From assembly GCA_951406725.2 (NCBI GenBank), contig OX597817.1, positions 103,912,001 to 103,976,000 on the forward strand: 64,000 nt of DNA, read 5' to 3'. A program made the position numbers and the translations under genes. The DNA is from Octopus vulgaris. Its lineage: Eukaryota. This document shows positions 53,045-64,000 of this stretch, piece by piece. The stretch's first letter is position 1; every line of letters starts with the position of its first letter. Under the pieces are notes generated by a model that saw only the letters and a program-made list of their open reading frames with translations, was not told the DNA's origin and searched no databases.

Positions 53045-53308
53045 CCTTTACTTGTTTCAGTCATTTGACAGTAGCCATGCTGGAGCACTGCCCTTTAATC
53101 AAAGAAATTGACCCCTTGACTTATTCCCTATAAGCCTGGTGCTTATTCTATCAGTCTCGTCTGCCAAACAGCTAAGTTATGAGTATGCAAAAACACCATA
53201 AATACAGACACACACACACACACATGCACATGACAGGCTTCTTTCAGTTTCCATCTACCAAATTCACTCACGAGGTTTTGGTCGGCCCAAGGTTATAGTG
53301 GAAGATAC
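53045..53308 (-). mobile_element. SINE family A copy, head truncated
   Basis: TTTACTTGTTTCAGTCATTTGAC...TATAGTGGAAGA matches 8140-8460. Confidence 0.85.
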
Positions 53309-53992
53309 TCTTTAAAGTATAGAGTTGAATTTCATGTAGCCACCTGTTAGCAGCTTTTCTCCCCACCCATTTTGTAGTAAGTATTACCCATTTTTCTAGG
53401 CTCTTTTCACAGCTATACCCCATTCAAAATTTGCATAAGTTTTTGTATGGAAAAAAAAAGGAAGGGAGTGGGGCTTGTTTGTAGCTTGTAAAGAAAATGT
53501 TAAACATGCCTGAAAAAAAAAACATGGTCTTTCCCCACACTACTAAATGACATGAAGAACTATCAAACAAGGTGAATAAGTACCAGGGGTGGGAGAAAGA
53601 AGAGAGAACTAACACTCCAGAATGAAAATGTAAACACCTGAAAGACTTACTCTCTATTCCTTACTAAATGTCTTTACCGCTTCTTCATTGTTAATTGTAA
53701 AGAAGCTAGAAAAGATTGATTGTATTTCAGTCTAATTGTCATTGTAAATGACTGAGGCTTTCCTTTCTCTGTCTCTATCACTTCACTCTTTTTCTCTACG
53801 GTTAAGAGAGTGAAGATTCCAAGGGGCCAGCCTTGTTACATTCTATGTGGGGCTGAATCTCCCTGAGAACTATGTTAATGGTACACTTATCTGTGGAGTA
53901 CTCAACCACTTGTGCGTTAATTTTATCTTGGTGTGGTAATGAAAGTGAAAGTGGCATCTAATATTCGCTGTAGTTATTTGTCTTTCATTTAC

Positions 53993-54350
53993 CAATGTGT
54001 CTATGTACCTATTTTCTTTGGATATATGTATCTATTTTCTTTTGATGTATGTGTCAGTCTACTCTGTAAATACTGATAAACATTTAAAAACAAAAAAGGG
54101 AACGCCACCTTCCTTTCAGTCACCACTCACTGTCTCTGTCCCTCCTCTCTGTCCCTCTTGTCTCCTACTTTTAATTTAACAATGTGTGTATGTATCTATG
54201 TATCTATTTTTCTTTTGATCTATGTATCTACTTTTCATTCATTTTATGCAACAGTCTACTCTGAAAATACTGATAAACATTTAAAAACCTAAAAAGGAAC
54301 ACCACCTTCCTTTCAGTCACCACTCACTGTCTCTGTCCCTCCTCTCTCTC
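53993..54350. repeat. ~185-bp tandem duplication
   Basis: CAATGTGT...CAGTCTACTCTG.AAATACTGATAAACATTTAAAAAC...CACCTTCCTTTCAGTCACCACTCACTGTCTCTGTCCCTCCTCTCT occurs twice. Confidence 0.93.
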
Positions 54351-54519
54351 CCACTTTGCCACTCACTTCAACTATACCTCCTCTGCTTAACACCTTTTAT
54401 TTCTCTTTTTCTTTGTACCTCTCCCTTCAACATTTTTACTGCTTCATTTGAAATAAGTGTGTCACACACTACAGGTACATATGAACAAAAGCAAAAAGTT
54501 AGCATGATATTATTGATAA

Positions 54520-54930
54520 TAATCCTTTCTACTATAGGCACAAGGCCTGAAATTTGAGGGAAGGGAGGTAGTCGGTTACATCAAGCCCAATGTTCAAATG
54601 GTACTTATTTCATCAACCCCAAAAGGATGAAAGGTAAAGTCGACCTCAGCAGAATTTGAACTCAGAATGTAAAAACAGATGAAATATTGTTAAGCATTTT
54701 GCCCAGTGTTTTAATGATTCTGCTAGCTTACCATAATAACAAAAATTCATTCCACTATCAGCACAAGGCCAGATTTTCGTGGGGAATGGGATAGTCAATT
54801 ACATCAACTTTGGTGTTCAACCAGTACTTATTTTATTAATTCCTGCAAGGATGAATTTGAATCCAGAATGTGAAAAGCAGAAAGAAATGCTGCTAAGCAA
54901 TTTGCCTAGCATGCTAATATTGATTCTACC
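54520..54930 (-). mobile_element. Two tandem SINE family B copies
   Basis: 54520-54732 and 54750-54930 share the family B core. Confidence 0.85.
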
Positions 54931-55433
54931 ATCCAATTTGCTGCTTTTAAAATGATGATGATGATGACGACGATGATGATGATGATATACATGAATAAGA
55001 TGGAAAGTGCAGCACCTGTAGATGTCACACCTGCTCTAAACTGTATAGATGCAGTAACCACTATATGTGTGTGTGTGTATTAATCACTGGGATAAAATGT
55101 TTTCAAACAAAACATTCAAACTAAAACTGTAGAGTCAAAAAGGTTTAATTCAAAGGTAGACTGACAGCAAATCACATTACAACTGTCAGTTCTACCATCA
55201 ACTGGTTCAATGGTCAATGATATTGAACAACCAGTTGTTGCTATTAGTGTTAACACAATGAAAACAATTTATCAACTTTTGAATATTTATGCATATGTAC
55301 ACACACACACAGAGGCAAGTACAAATATATACATACATGCAAATATCCAGATATGCACTTACATGGATATACACACACACACACATACATATACATCTGT
55401 GTGTATACATACATGTGTGTGTGTGTGTGTATG

Positions 55434-55489
<56 letters not shown>

Positions 55490-55534
55490 TGAGAAAGTTG
55501 GTGTGTATATATATATATATACAATTTTGTGCTT

Positions 55535-55925
55535 GAGGAGACCTATTGAGTCAAGTACATCAACATCAAAATAAAAATCAAATGGAAATTGTAGTTATGA
55601 TACCCATGCCGGTGGCACATAAAAAGCACCATCCTAATGTGGCCGATGCCAGCGCCGCCTGACTGGCATCCATGCCAGTGGCACATAAAAAGCACCAACC
55701 GATTGTGCCCGTTTGCCAGCTTCCTCAGGCCCTTGTACCAGTGGCACGTAAAAAACACCCACTACACTCACGGAGTGGTTGGTTTTAGGAAGGGCATCCA
55801 GCTGTAGAAACACTGCCAGAGTAGAGAGGAGCCTGGCGCAGCCTCCTGGCATCCCAGACCCTGGTCAAACCGTCCAACCCATGCTAGCATGGAAAATGGA
55901 CGTTAAACAATGATGATGATGATGA
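55535..55925 (+). mobile_element. RTE-LINE 3'UTR copy with (GAT)n tail
   Basis: Single-copy counterpart of the 58-60 kb array; three GTGGCAC.TAAAAA.CACC modules followed by the AAGGGCATCCAGCTGTAGAAAC tail. Confidence 0.85.
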
Positions 55926-56028
55926 TATATATGTATATATACATACACATGTATACATACATACATATACATATGTATACATATATATATACATACATAT
56001 ATATACATATGTATACATACATATGTAT

Positions 56029-56063
<35 letters not shown>

Positions 56064-56346
56064 CATACATACGTATACATACATACATACATACATATGT
56101 ATATATATACATATATACATACGTATACATACATACATACATACATATGTATATATATACATATATACATACGTATACATACATACATACATACATATGT
56201 ATATATATACATATATACATACGTATACATACATACATACATACATATGTATATATATACATATATACATACGTATACATACATACATACGTATACATAC
56301 ATACATACGTATACATACATACATACGTATACATACATATGTATAC
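55926..56346. repeat. TA/TACA microsatellite with a ~42-bp higher-order unit
   Basis: CGTATACATACATACATACATACATATGTATATATATACATATATACATA-like unit repeated about 4 times. Confidence 0.95.
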
Positions 56347-56347
56347 A

Positions 56348-56842
56348 TCACTAAAGCGACTAAGGGCACAAGTCAGCACCAGTACTGCTAGAAATAAGAG
56401 TCAAAACAACTCATAGCCACAATAAGCACTTATCTTAAAGCTCCCTCAGCACTGGGCATAGTCAGATCACCAGTGAGTTGTTTTGACTCTTATTTCTAGC
56501 AATACTGGTGCTGACCAGCGGCCTTAGTCACTTTAGTGACATTACATATTTTGGACTTTCGGTTGAAAAATCCATCCTTATTATTTATAATGTTCACTTT
56601 TGCCATTTATGAAATCAGCATATGATTTTTATGGTCATCTTATAAGCTGATAAGGCGAGTTGAGTTTAGGTGCCAGTAAGAGCCACTGATAGCATTAATA
56701 TGTGAAATCACTGGTGATTTGGCTAAGCCCAGTGCTGAGGGAGCTTGCTTCCCTTGTCAGTCATTAAGATAGTGCTTATCATGGCTATGACTTGCTTTGA
56801 CTCTTATTTCTAGCAATGCTGGAGCTGACTAGCGCCCTTAAT
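56348..56842. repeat. Fold-back element with nested inverted repeats
   Basis: 56348-56413 is inverted at 56474-56539, and 56361-56475 is inverted again at 56709-56840. Confidence 0.9.
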
Positions 56843-57027
56843 TGCCAATATACACTTGTGCACACACAGACACATGCACACAAATAAAAGGCAATGAAAG
56901 TGTGTGTGCATGTGTATGTGTGCCCTAACAAAACTTTGTGCTGCATCACTTTTGTGAAGTTTTGTCAGTGAACAGGTTGCAGTTTTAAAGCAACGAAAAT
57001 ATTTTGACACAAATGAAATTTTAATGT

Positions 57028-57158
57028 TCTTTTCTACTCTAGGTATAAGGTCCGAAATTTTGGGAGAGGGCGCCAGTCGATTAGATCAACCCTAGTTCAC
57101 AACTGGTACTTAATTTATCAACCCCAAAGGGATGAACGGCAAAGTCGACCTCGGCGGG
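57028..57158 (-). mobile_element. SINE family B fragment
   Basis: ACTGGTACTTAATTTATCAACCCCAAAGGGATGAACGGCAAAGTCGACCTCGGCGG. Flanked by a direct repeat TGAAATTTTAATGTT (57014 and 57159), a probable target-site duplication. Confidence 0.85.
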
Positions 57159-58019
57159 TGAAATTTTAATGTTGAAGTGAAACTGGTAATACTTTAACAC
57201 AGAGGTCCCTTAATGGTACTACCTAAATACAGGTGTTACATACAAAACATTTTAAATGTATGCTGTGAGGATGTGTAATGACACCCTATCCCTAAAAACT
57301 AACCCTCGCCTTCTTATCGTTATGTACATGCATTGGGACCTCTGTATTTAAGTAGTGCCGTGAAACTAATGGTATTGTGTGTTCTTGAATGGCTTACAAA
57401 TATCTACGCTGCAACTGTTTCTGTTTCAGCACACTATCTCAGATCAAGTCACTTGCCATGCAAGTACATCTCCGTATTTTTTTAAATCACTGTGGATAAA
57501 TGCCAACAATGACCTTCTCAGGCTCCTCAATATTTTAATTTCTAAACAGAAGCAATTGGGGGCAGAGAGTGGGGTTGCAAAAAATTCATAATTTCTCAAA
57601 TTTTTGTTTGTATAGCATATAAATGTATTCAGGGGAAAAATATTGAAAAACATCAATACATGCAAGAGTCAGAAAGAAACAAGGAGGGTTGTCTTTGGAT
57701 GTGCTAGAAACAACAGCCAAACCGTCCTTAAATCACTCACTTTTCCCTCTGAAAATAGTATTTATTTATTTTTTTTTTTACCAACAATGCTTTTCCCATG
57801 GTTTTGAAGTGCAAAAAAAAAAATTGGCCAAAATAGGTCCGGAATGGAATGATGAGAGAGGGGGGGAGGGAAGAGTTTTCAAAAGTTTTTCATACAAAGA
57901 TACCCCAACCCCATCATTTCAAAGGCTGTGACTTAAAAAAAATGAGGAAAATCTCCCAAAAAAGTTTCCCCACAAATTTCTTTATAATCGTAATCTATGC
58001 CATTTGAAAGGTATTTGTA

Positions 58020-60245
58020 TCCGTGCTGTGGGCACAACAAACACCATCCGATCGTGGCCGTTCGCCAGCCTCATCTGGCACCTGTGTCGGTGGCACATAA
58101 AGACACCATCCGAAGACCCGGCAACGTAGTCAGTCCACCTGTGCATACCTTCCCTCTTATGACACTTGTGAAGACCTGTTGAGGCAAGTGTGTGACACTT
58201 GTGAAGACCTGTTGAGGCAGAGGCAAGTGTGTGACACTTGTGGAGACCTGTTGAGGCAAGTGTGTGACCCTTGTGAAGACCTGTTAAGGCAAGTGAAAAT
58301 CAAAAATCAAATCAAACCAAATCAAAATAGATGAACATCAATGGAATTTGTATCTTTGTGGTTCCAGTACCGGTGGCACACAAGAAAACCATCCGAACGT
58401 GGCCGTAGCCAGTACCGCATCGACTGGCCTCCGTGCTGTGGGCACAACAAACACCATCTGATCGTGGCCGTTCGCCAGCCTCATCTGGCACCTGTGTCGG
58501 TGGCACATAAAAACACCATCCGAAGACCCGGCGACGTAGTCAGTCCACCTGTGCATACCTTCCCTCTTATGACACTTGTGAAGACCTGTTGAGGCAAGTG
58601 TGTGACACTTGTGAAGACCTGTTGAGGCAGAGGCAAGTGTGTGACACTTTGTGAAGACCTGTTGAGGCAGAGGCAAGTGTGTGACACTTGTGGAGACGTG
58701 TTGAGGCAAGTGTGTGACACGTGTGACACTTGTGAAGACCTGTTGAGGCAAGTGAAAATCAAACCAAACTTGTGAAGACCTGTTGAGGCAAGTGAAAATC
58801 AAACCAAATCAAAATAGATGAACATCAATGGAATTTGTATCTTTGTGATTCCAGTACCGGTGGCACACAAGAAAACCATCCGATCGTGGCCGTTCGCCAG
58901 CCTCATCTGGCACCTGTGTCGGTGGCACATAAAAACACCATCCGAAGACCCGGCAACGTAGTCAGTCCACCTGTGCATACCTTCCTACTTATGACACTTG
59001 TGAAGACCTGTTGAGGCAAGTGAAAATCAAAATCAAATCAAATCAAATCAAACCAAATCAAAATAGATGAACATCAATGGAATTTGTATCTTTGTGGTAC
59101 CAGTACCGGTGGCACACAAGAAAACCATCCGAACGTGGCCGTAGCCAGTACCGCATCGACTGGCCTCTGTGATGTGGGCACATAACAAACACCATCCGAT
59201 CGTGGCCGTCCGCCAGCCTCATCTGGCACCTGTGTCGGTGGCACATAAAAACACCAACCGAAGACCCGGCAAGACTAGTCAGGCCATAACCCATGGCCCC
59301 TACTTGGGACGTAGTCAGTCCACCTGTGCATACCTTCCTTCCTTCTTGTGACACTTGTGAAGACCTGTGAAGACCTGTTGAGGCAAGTGAAAATCAAATC
59401 AAATCAAATCAAAATAGATGAACATCAATGGAATTTGTATCTTGTGGTACCAGTGCCGGTGGCACACAAGAAAACCATCCGAACGTGGCCGTAGCCAGTA
59501 CCGCATCGACTGGCCTCCGTGCTGTGGGCACGCAACAAACACCATCCGATCGTGGCCGTTCGCCAGCCTCATCTGGCACCTGTGTCGGTGGCACATAAAA
59601 ACACCATCCGAAGACCCGGCAAGACTAGTCAGGCCATAACCCGTGGCCCCTACCTGGGACGTAGTCAGTCCACCTGTGCATACCTTCCTTCTTGTGACAC
59701 TTGTGAAGACCTGTTGAGGCAAGTGAAAATCAAATCAAATCAAAACAAATCAAAATAGATGAACATCAATGGAATTTGTATCTTTGTGGTACCAGTGCCG
59801 GTGGCACACAAGAAAATCATCCGAACGTGGCCGTAGCCAGTACCGCATAGACTGGCCTCCGTGCTTTGGGGACGTAACAAACACCATCCGATCGTGGCCG
59901 TCCGCCAGCCTCATCTGGCACCTGTGTCGGTGGCACATAAAAACACCATCCGAGCGTGGCCGTCTGCCAGCCTCGTCTGGCACCTGTGTCGGTGGCACAT
60001 AAAAACACCATCCGAGCGTGGCCGTTCGCCAGCTTCGTCTGGCACCTGTGTCGGTGGCACATAAAATCACCCACTACACTCTCGGAGTGGTTGGCGTTAG
60101 GAAGGGCATCCAGCTGTAGAAACACTGCCAGATCTGACTGGCCTGGTGCAGCCTTCGGGCTCCCCAGACCCCAGTTGAACCGTCCAACCCATGCTAGCAT
60201 GGAAAACGGACGCTAAATGATGATGATGATGATGATGATGATGAT
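58020..60245 (+). repeat. Higher-order tandem array of an RTE 3'UTR segment ending in one RTE tail
   Basis: About 6 units of 250-490 bp delimited by (AAATC)n at ~58300, 58800, 59030, 59395 and 59730; nested ~62-bp and 30-36-bp sub-repeats; one terminal tail plus (TGA)n at 60068-60245. Confidence 0.93.
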
Positions 60246-60569
60246 CTTCCTGAAAGTTATGAGAGAAAAAAGTTAGATCATGTGAATTTTCCGAAACTCC
60301 TCTCTCCACTCACTCAGAAAACTTCTCCCTCATAAACCCCTATATACTCTGAAGCCACAATGTCTAAGCGGTATTTGTAGAAAATTTTGTTAAAGAATAC
60401 TCTGTATGTTATGAAGCAACAAAGTTGGGGATGAACAAATGTGTTAATTCCCCATTTTTTTGATTTTTTCACTTCATTCATTGTTTGCAATTTTCGCTCT
60501 TTCTTTCTTTCTTTCTCTCTTTCTCTCTCTCTCTCTCTCTCACTCACACACACACACACACACACACAG

Positions 60570-60856
60570 CAAAGTTTACAGACGGGCTGCTGAATTGAAA
60601 TCTCTATGTTGCTTTGAGGGGAAGGTAAAACTTGGCAAACTGCTTCTCCCTCTGTTGTTGGACTACTGTGATGTTTGTTTTAAAAAGATTATGACTGTTA
60701 TAAAATAATAAAAGTAATATTTACTAAGCAAGTGAGCACTATAACGCAAGAGATAATTAGACATAAAATATAAAAATTATTAGAATTGGGAATCAAATGT
60801 AAAAATATTATTGAAGGGCTAGCAGAAAACCACCCGGAGGGTGGTCTTTCTGCTAG
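60570..60856 (+). mobile_element. Helitron-like remnant with 3' hairpin and CTAG
   Basis: LKSLCCFEGKVKL resembles the Helitron N-terminal CCxxGKVxL motif; ends ACCACC-CGGAG-GGTGGT...CTAG|T. Confidence 0.5.
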
Positions 60857-60889
60857 TATATATAATATGTGTGTGTGTGTGTGTGTGTA

Positions 60890-60921
<32 letters not shown>

Positions 60922-61167
60922 CATATGTAATATATATAATATATGTGTAATATATATAATATATTTGTGCAATATATATAATATATATGTGTAATATATA
61001 TAATATATATACATATATATGTGCATGTGTGTGTGTGTGTGTAATATATAATATATATGTGTAATATATATAATATATATGTGTGTAATATATATACATA
61101 TATGTGTGTGTGTAATATATATACATATATGTGTGTGTGTAATATATATATAATATATATTCTTTTA

Positions 61168-61381
61168 TCCTTTTAGTTGCTTCAGTTAATTGACTTCAGC
61201 CATGCTGGAGCACTGCCTTTAGTTGAGCAAATCGACCCCAGGACTTATTCTTTGTAAGCCTAGTACTTATTATATTGGTTTCTTTTGCTGAACTACAAAG
61301 TTATGGGGACATAAACACACCAGCATCGGTTGTCAAGCGATGCTGGGGGGAACGAACACAGACACACAAACATATACCCAC

Positions 61382-61414
<33 letters not shown>

Positions 61415-61592
61415 AACAAAGATAAATGCGATACAATAACGACGGGCTTCTTTCAGTTTCCATCTACCAAATCCACTGACAAGGCTTTGGTCAGCCTGAG
61501 GTTATAGTAGAAGACACTTGCCCCAGGTGCCACGCAGTGGGACTGAACCCAGAACCATGTAGTTGGTAAGCAAACTACCTACCAAACAGCCA
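61168..61592 (-). mobile_element. SINE family A copy, full length
   Basis: Collinear with 8140-8542. Confidence 0.9.
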
Positions 61593-62804
61593 TCAGAAAC
61601 AGCCACATAAATGGTGTAAGGAAATTGAAGGAAGGCATTGAAACTTCTCCTCTGCAAGTTTATTTTATTCAACAGCAAAAGGAGCTATTTTTTTCAGAGG
61701 GAAGTATGATTGGTATATTCAAAAATGGCAATATAAAGGAATGTATTTGCTACGTTCTTACAGTGTATGACCACTCTGAAATTGACTTCAGGTAACGAAA
61801 AATGAAAACAAGAAGAGTTTGACTTTAGTTCACAAATACTGCTTTGAATCTTTAGCAGTTCACAGTGAAAAGATGTTGCATTCAAAATATCATAATGGAT
61901 GGGTAAATAAGCATCCTTTGGTAGGTAAACAAAGATATTAACAAATAGAAGAGAGGGAAGGGAGCATCACCTTTCAGGAAACCTAGAATAGGTAAAGGTA
62001 CTTGCCAAAGTTTAATGCAGTTTAAATATGGAGATTAAGATTATTTGGTATTGGATATTCATTGCATACAGTGTTCCTAATCAATTTAATCACCATCACA
62101 GGTGTACAGTCGAAATAAATAAATAGACAAAATCCTTTCACTTTTATAATATTCTCTAACCAAGAAATAAATAATACACAATTAAAACATATAAATAAAT
62201 AATAAATCAGAAGAATGTGAAATCCACGAAAAAAATATTCTCTAATGTCAATATACGACCATATAGATTAAAAAGTATGGAAGACCTTACATACAAAAAA
62301 ACTATGTACAACAAATTAGAGAAAAACCCATGTAAACCACTGTTTTTCCCAGTTTGTCCATTTACATGGGAGCTCTGGCCAAAATGTTATAGTGCATGAC
62401 TATCTTTGAGACATAAGTAATGTGTGTGTAAAGTTTGGTGAAAATCAGTTGAGAATTGTGGAAATGTATGCACACACACATACTGTGATTTATATATAAG
62501 CCATTATAAAGAAGAATGGAGAATTATACATCTTCAAATGTGTTTAATACAGTATTATTCTCATTAAATTTACATTAAACACTAATCGTGTTTCTGCTTG
62601 GTTAAATGTCCTAATGGTTTATGCGCATTTTGTTGGTTCAGTTGCAGAACATATTCATTCAAGGAGACATTCCAATGCAGCTTTGTTCAAGGTTTTATCC
62701 ATGCAGGTGATTGAAGAGAACTGAGGATTCAAGTCTTAGCTTGTCCTTCTTATAGTATATTCAAGGTGAGGAATCATAAAACTTTAGGGTACATGATAGT
62801 AGAG

Positions 62805-62945
62805 ATTGGTACTTATTTTAATAACATAGAAAGGGTGAATGGCAAAGTTGACCTCAGTGGAATTTGAACTCAGAACTTAAAGACAGACGAAATGCTTCTC
62901 AGGATTTTGCCCAGCATGGTAATGATTCTGCCAAGTCACTACCTT
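62805..62945 (-). mobile_element. SINE family B copy (head and core)
   Basis: GGCAAAGTTGACCTCAGTGGAATTTGAACTCAGAAC...GATTCTGCCA. Confidence 0.8.
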
Positions 62946-62956
62946 AAAAGCACTTA

Positions 62957-63309
62957 TTATATTGGTAGGTGAAAATTCTGTCAGCACCAGCTGGTAGGAT
63001 TGCTGTATTACACGATTTCCTCACAATCTGCAAGTCATCAGCAACAGGTATCCGAGCAACAAATGCCATATTGAAAATCCATTGATATGATATAGTTGAG
63101 CACTAATTGCTAATTTACATACAGCCCACCAGCTTTTTTGTAATATCACTGATTGTTTAGTCAATGTTAAACTATATTAGCTTGATGGATTTATGATCTG
63201 GCATTCAGTGCTTGAGTACCTGTTGCTGATGAACCACAATTTAAGATGAAATCACATGATGCAAAGACTCATCTGCAAGTGCTGACAAAATTTTCATCTG
63301 CCAATATAA
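62957..63309. mobile_element. ~350-bp palindromic MITE-like element
   Basis: Inverted pairs: TTATATTGGTAGGTGAAAATTCTGTCAGCAC / GTGCTGACAAAATTTTCATCTGCCAATATAA; TCATCAGCAACAGGTA / TACCTGTTGCTGATGA; AAATCCAT / ATGGATTT; ATATAGTT / AACTATAT. Confidence 0.8.
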
Positions 63310-63439
63310 ACTCATGCATTCATTTTTCCAATTTTATTTTTTATAATTATTACCATTGTTGCAACATCCGACTTAAGAAAAAAGTTCTTCCTTTTAAAGT
63401 TTTGTCCTGCAGGACCAGTAGCAAAAATCATTGATCATG

Positions 63440-64000
63440 ATTGATACACTTTGAAAGTGTAGCTGCTAAAATAAGAATAGCCTAGGCAAAGTTCAGAGAG
63501 CTTTTACCTCTGCTGGTGATAAAGGGCCTCTCGCTCAGAATAAAAGGTAGACTGTATGACGCATGTGTACAAACTGCCATGCTACATGGCAGTGAAACAT
63601 AGGCCGTGACCTCTGAGGACATGCGTAAGCTTGCAAGGAACGAAGCCAGCATGCTCCGATGGATGTGTAATGTCAGTGTGCATACTCGACAGTGTTAGTG
63701 CATTGAGAGAAAAGTTGGACCTAAGAAGCATCAGATGTGGTATGCAAGAGAGACAACTGCGCCAGTATGGTCATGTGGCAAGAATAGATGAGAATAGCTG
63801 TGTGAAAAAGTGTCACACCCTAGCGGTTGAGGGAACCTCTAGGAGAGGTAGACCCAGGAAGACCTAGGATAAGGTGGTGAAGCATAACCATCAAACATTA
63901 GGCCTCACCGAGGCAATGACTAGTGACCAAGAACTTAGGAAATATGCTGTGCTTGAGAGGACCCAGCAAGCCAAGTGAGACCATAACCCGTGGCCTATGC
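63440..64000 (+). mobile_element. 5'-truncated RTE LINE (ORF C-terminus and start of 3'UTR; runs off the window)
   Basis: AKFRELLPLLVIKGLSLRIKGRLYDACVQTAMLHGSET, RNEASMLRWMCNVS, YGHVARIDENSCVKKC..VEGTSRRGRPRKT; then ACCCAGCAAG..CCATAACCCGTGGCC, which also occurs in the 58-60 kb array. Confidence 0.92.

Noticed and set aside
58020-60075. CRISPR-like appearance of the array, and a minus-strand CAGATGAG-GCTGGC-GAAC hammerhead-like string in each unit
   Set aside because: Eukaryotic context, no cas genes, and the spacers are themselves repeated and homologous to an RTE 3'UTR. The hammerhead-like string deviates in both core boxes. ORFs over the array are repeat translations.

Overview
AT-rich, microsatellite- and transposon-dense animal genomic DNA. 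The SINE/RTE repeat families suggest Octopus; this is recognition, not a database result. The one host gene I can build is PGAP3 (Per1/CREST-family GPI-remodelling phospholipase) on the minus strand: 7 coding exons, 47485 to 20952, 990 nt, 329 aa, all GT-AG with matching phases, and a probable non-coding first exon further right or outside the window. The rest is mobile-element material: a near full-length decayed Tx1/L1-like LINE, two Tc1 remnants, a mariner with both TIRs and a nested insert, pogo, Helitron, Penelope, RTE, CR1 and CRE-like fragments, two tRNA-derived SINE families, fold-back elements and long RY microsatellites. Most long ORFs in the track are microsatellite artefacts. Best leads: (1) a type I minimal hammerhead ribozyme at 9834-9885; (2) a 2.2-kb nested tandem array of an RTE 3'UTR (58020-60245) whose ~62-nt module can fold into a compact H-type pseudoknot; (3) long intronic fold-backs and a one-strand bias of one SINE family, relevant to dsRNA/ADAR editing; (4) a Helitron-derived candidate poison exon in PGAP3.
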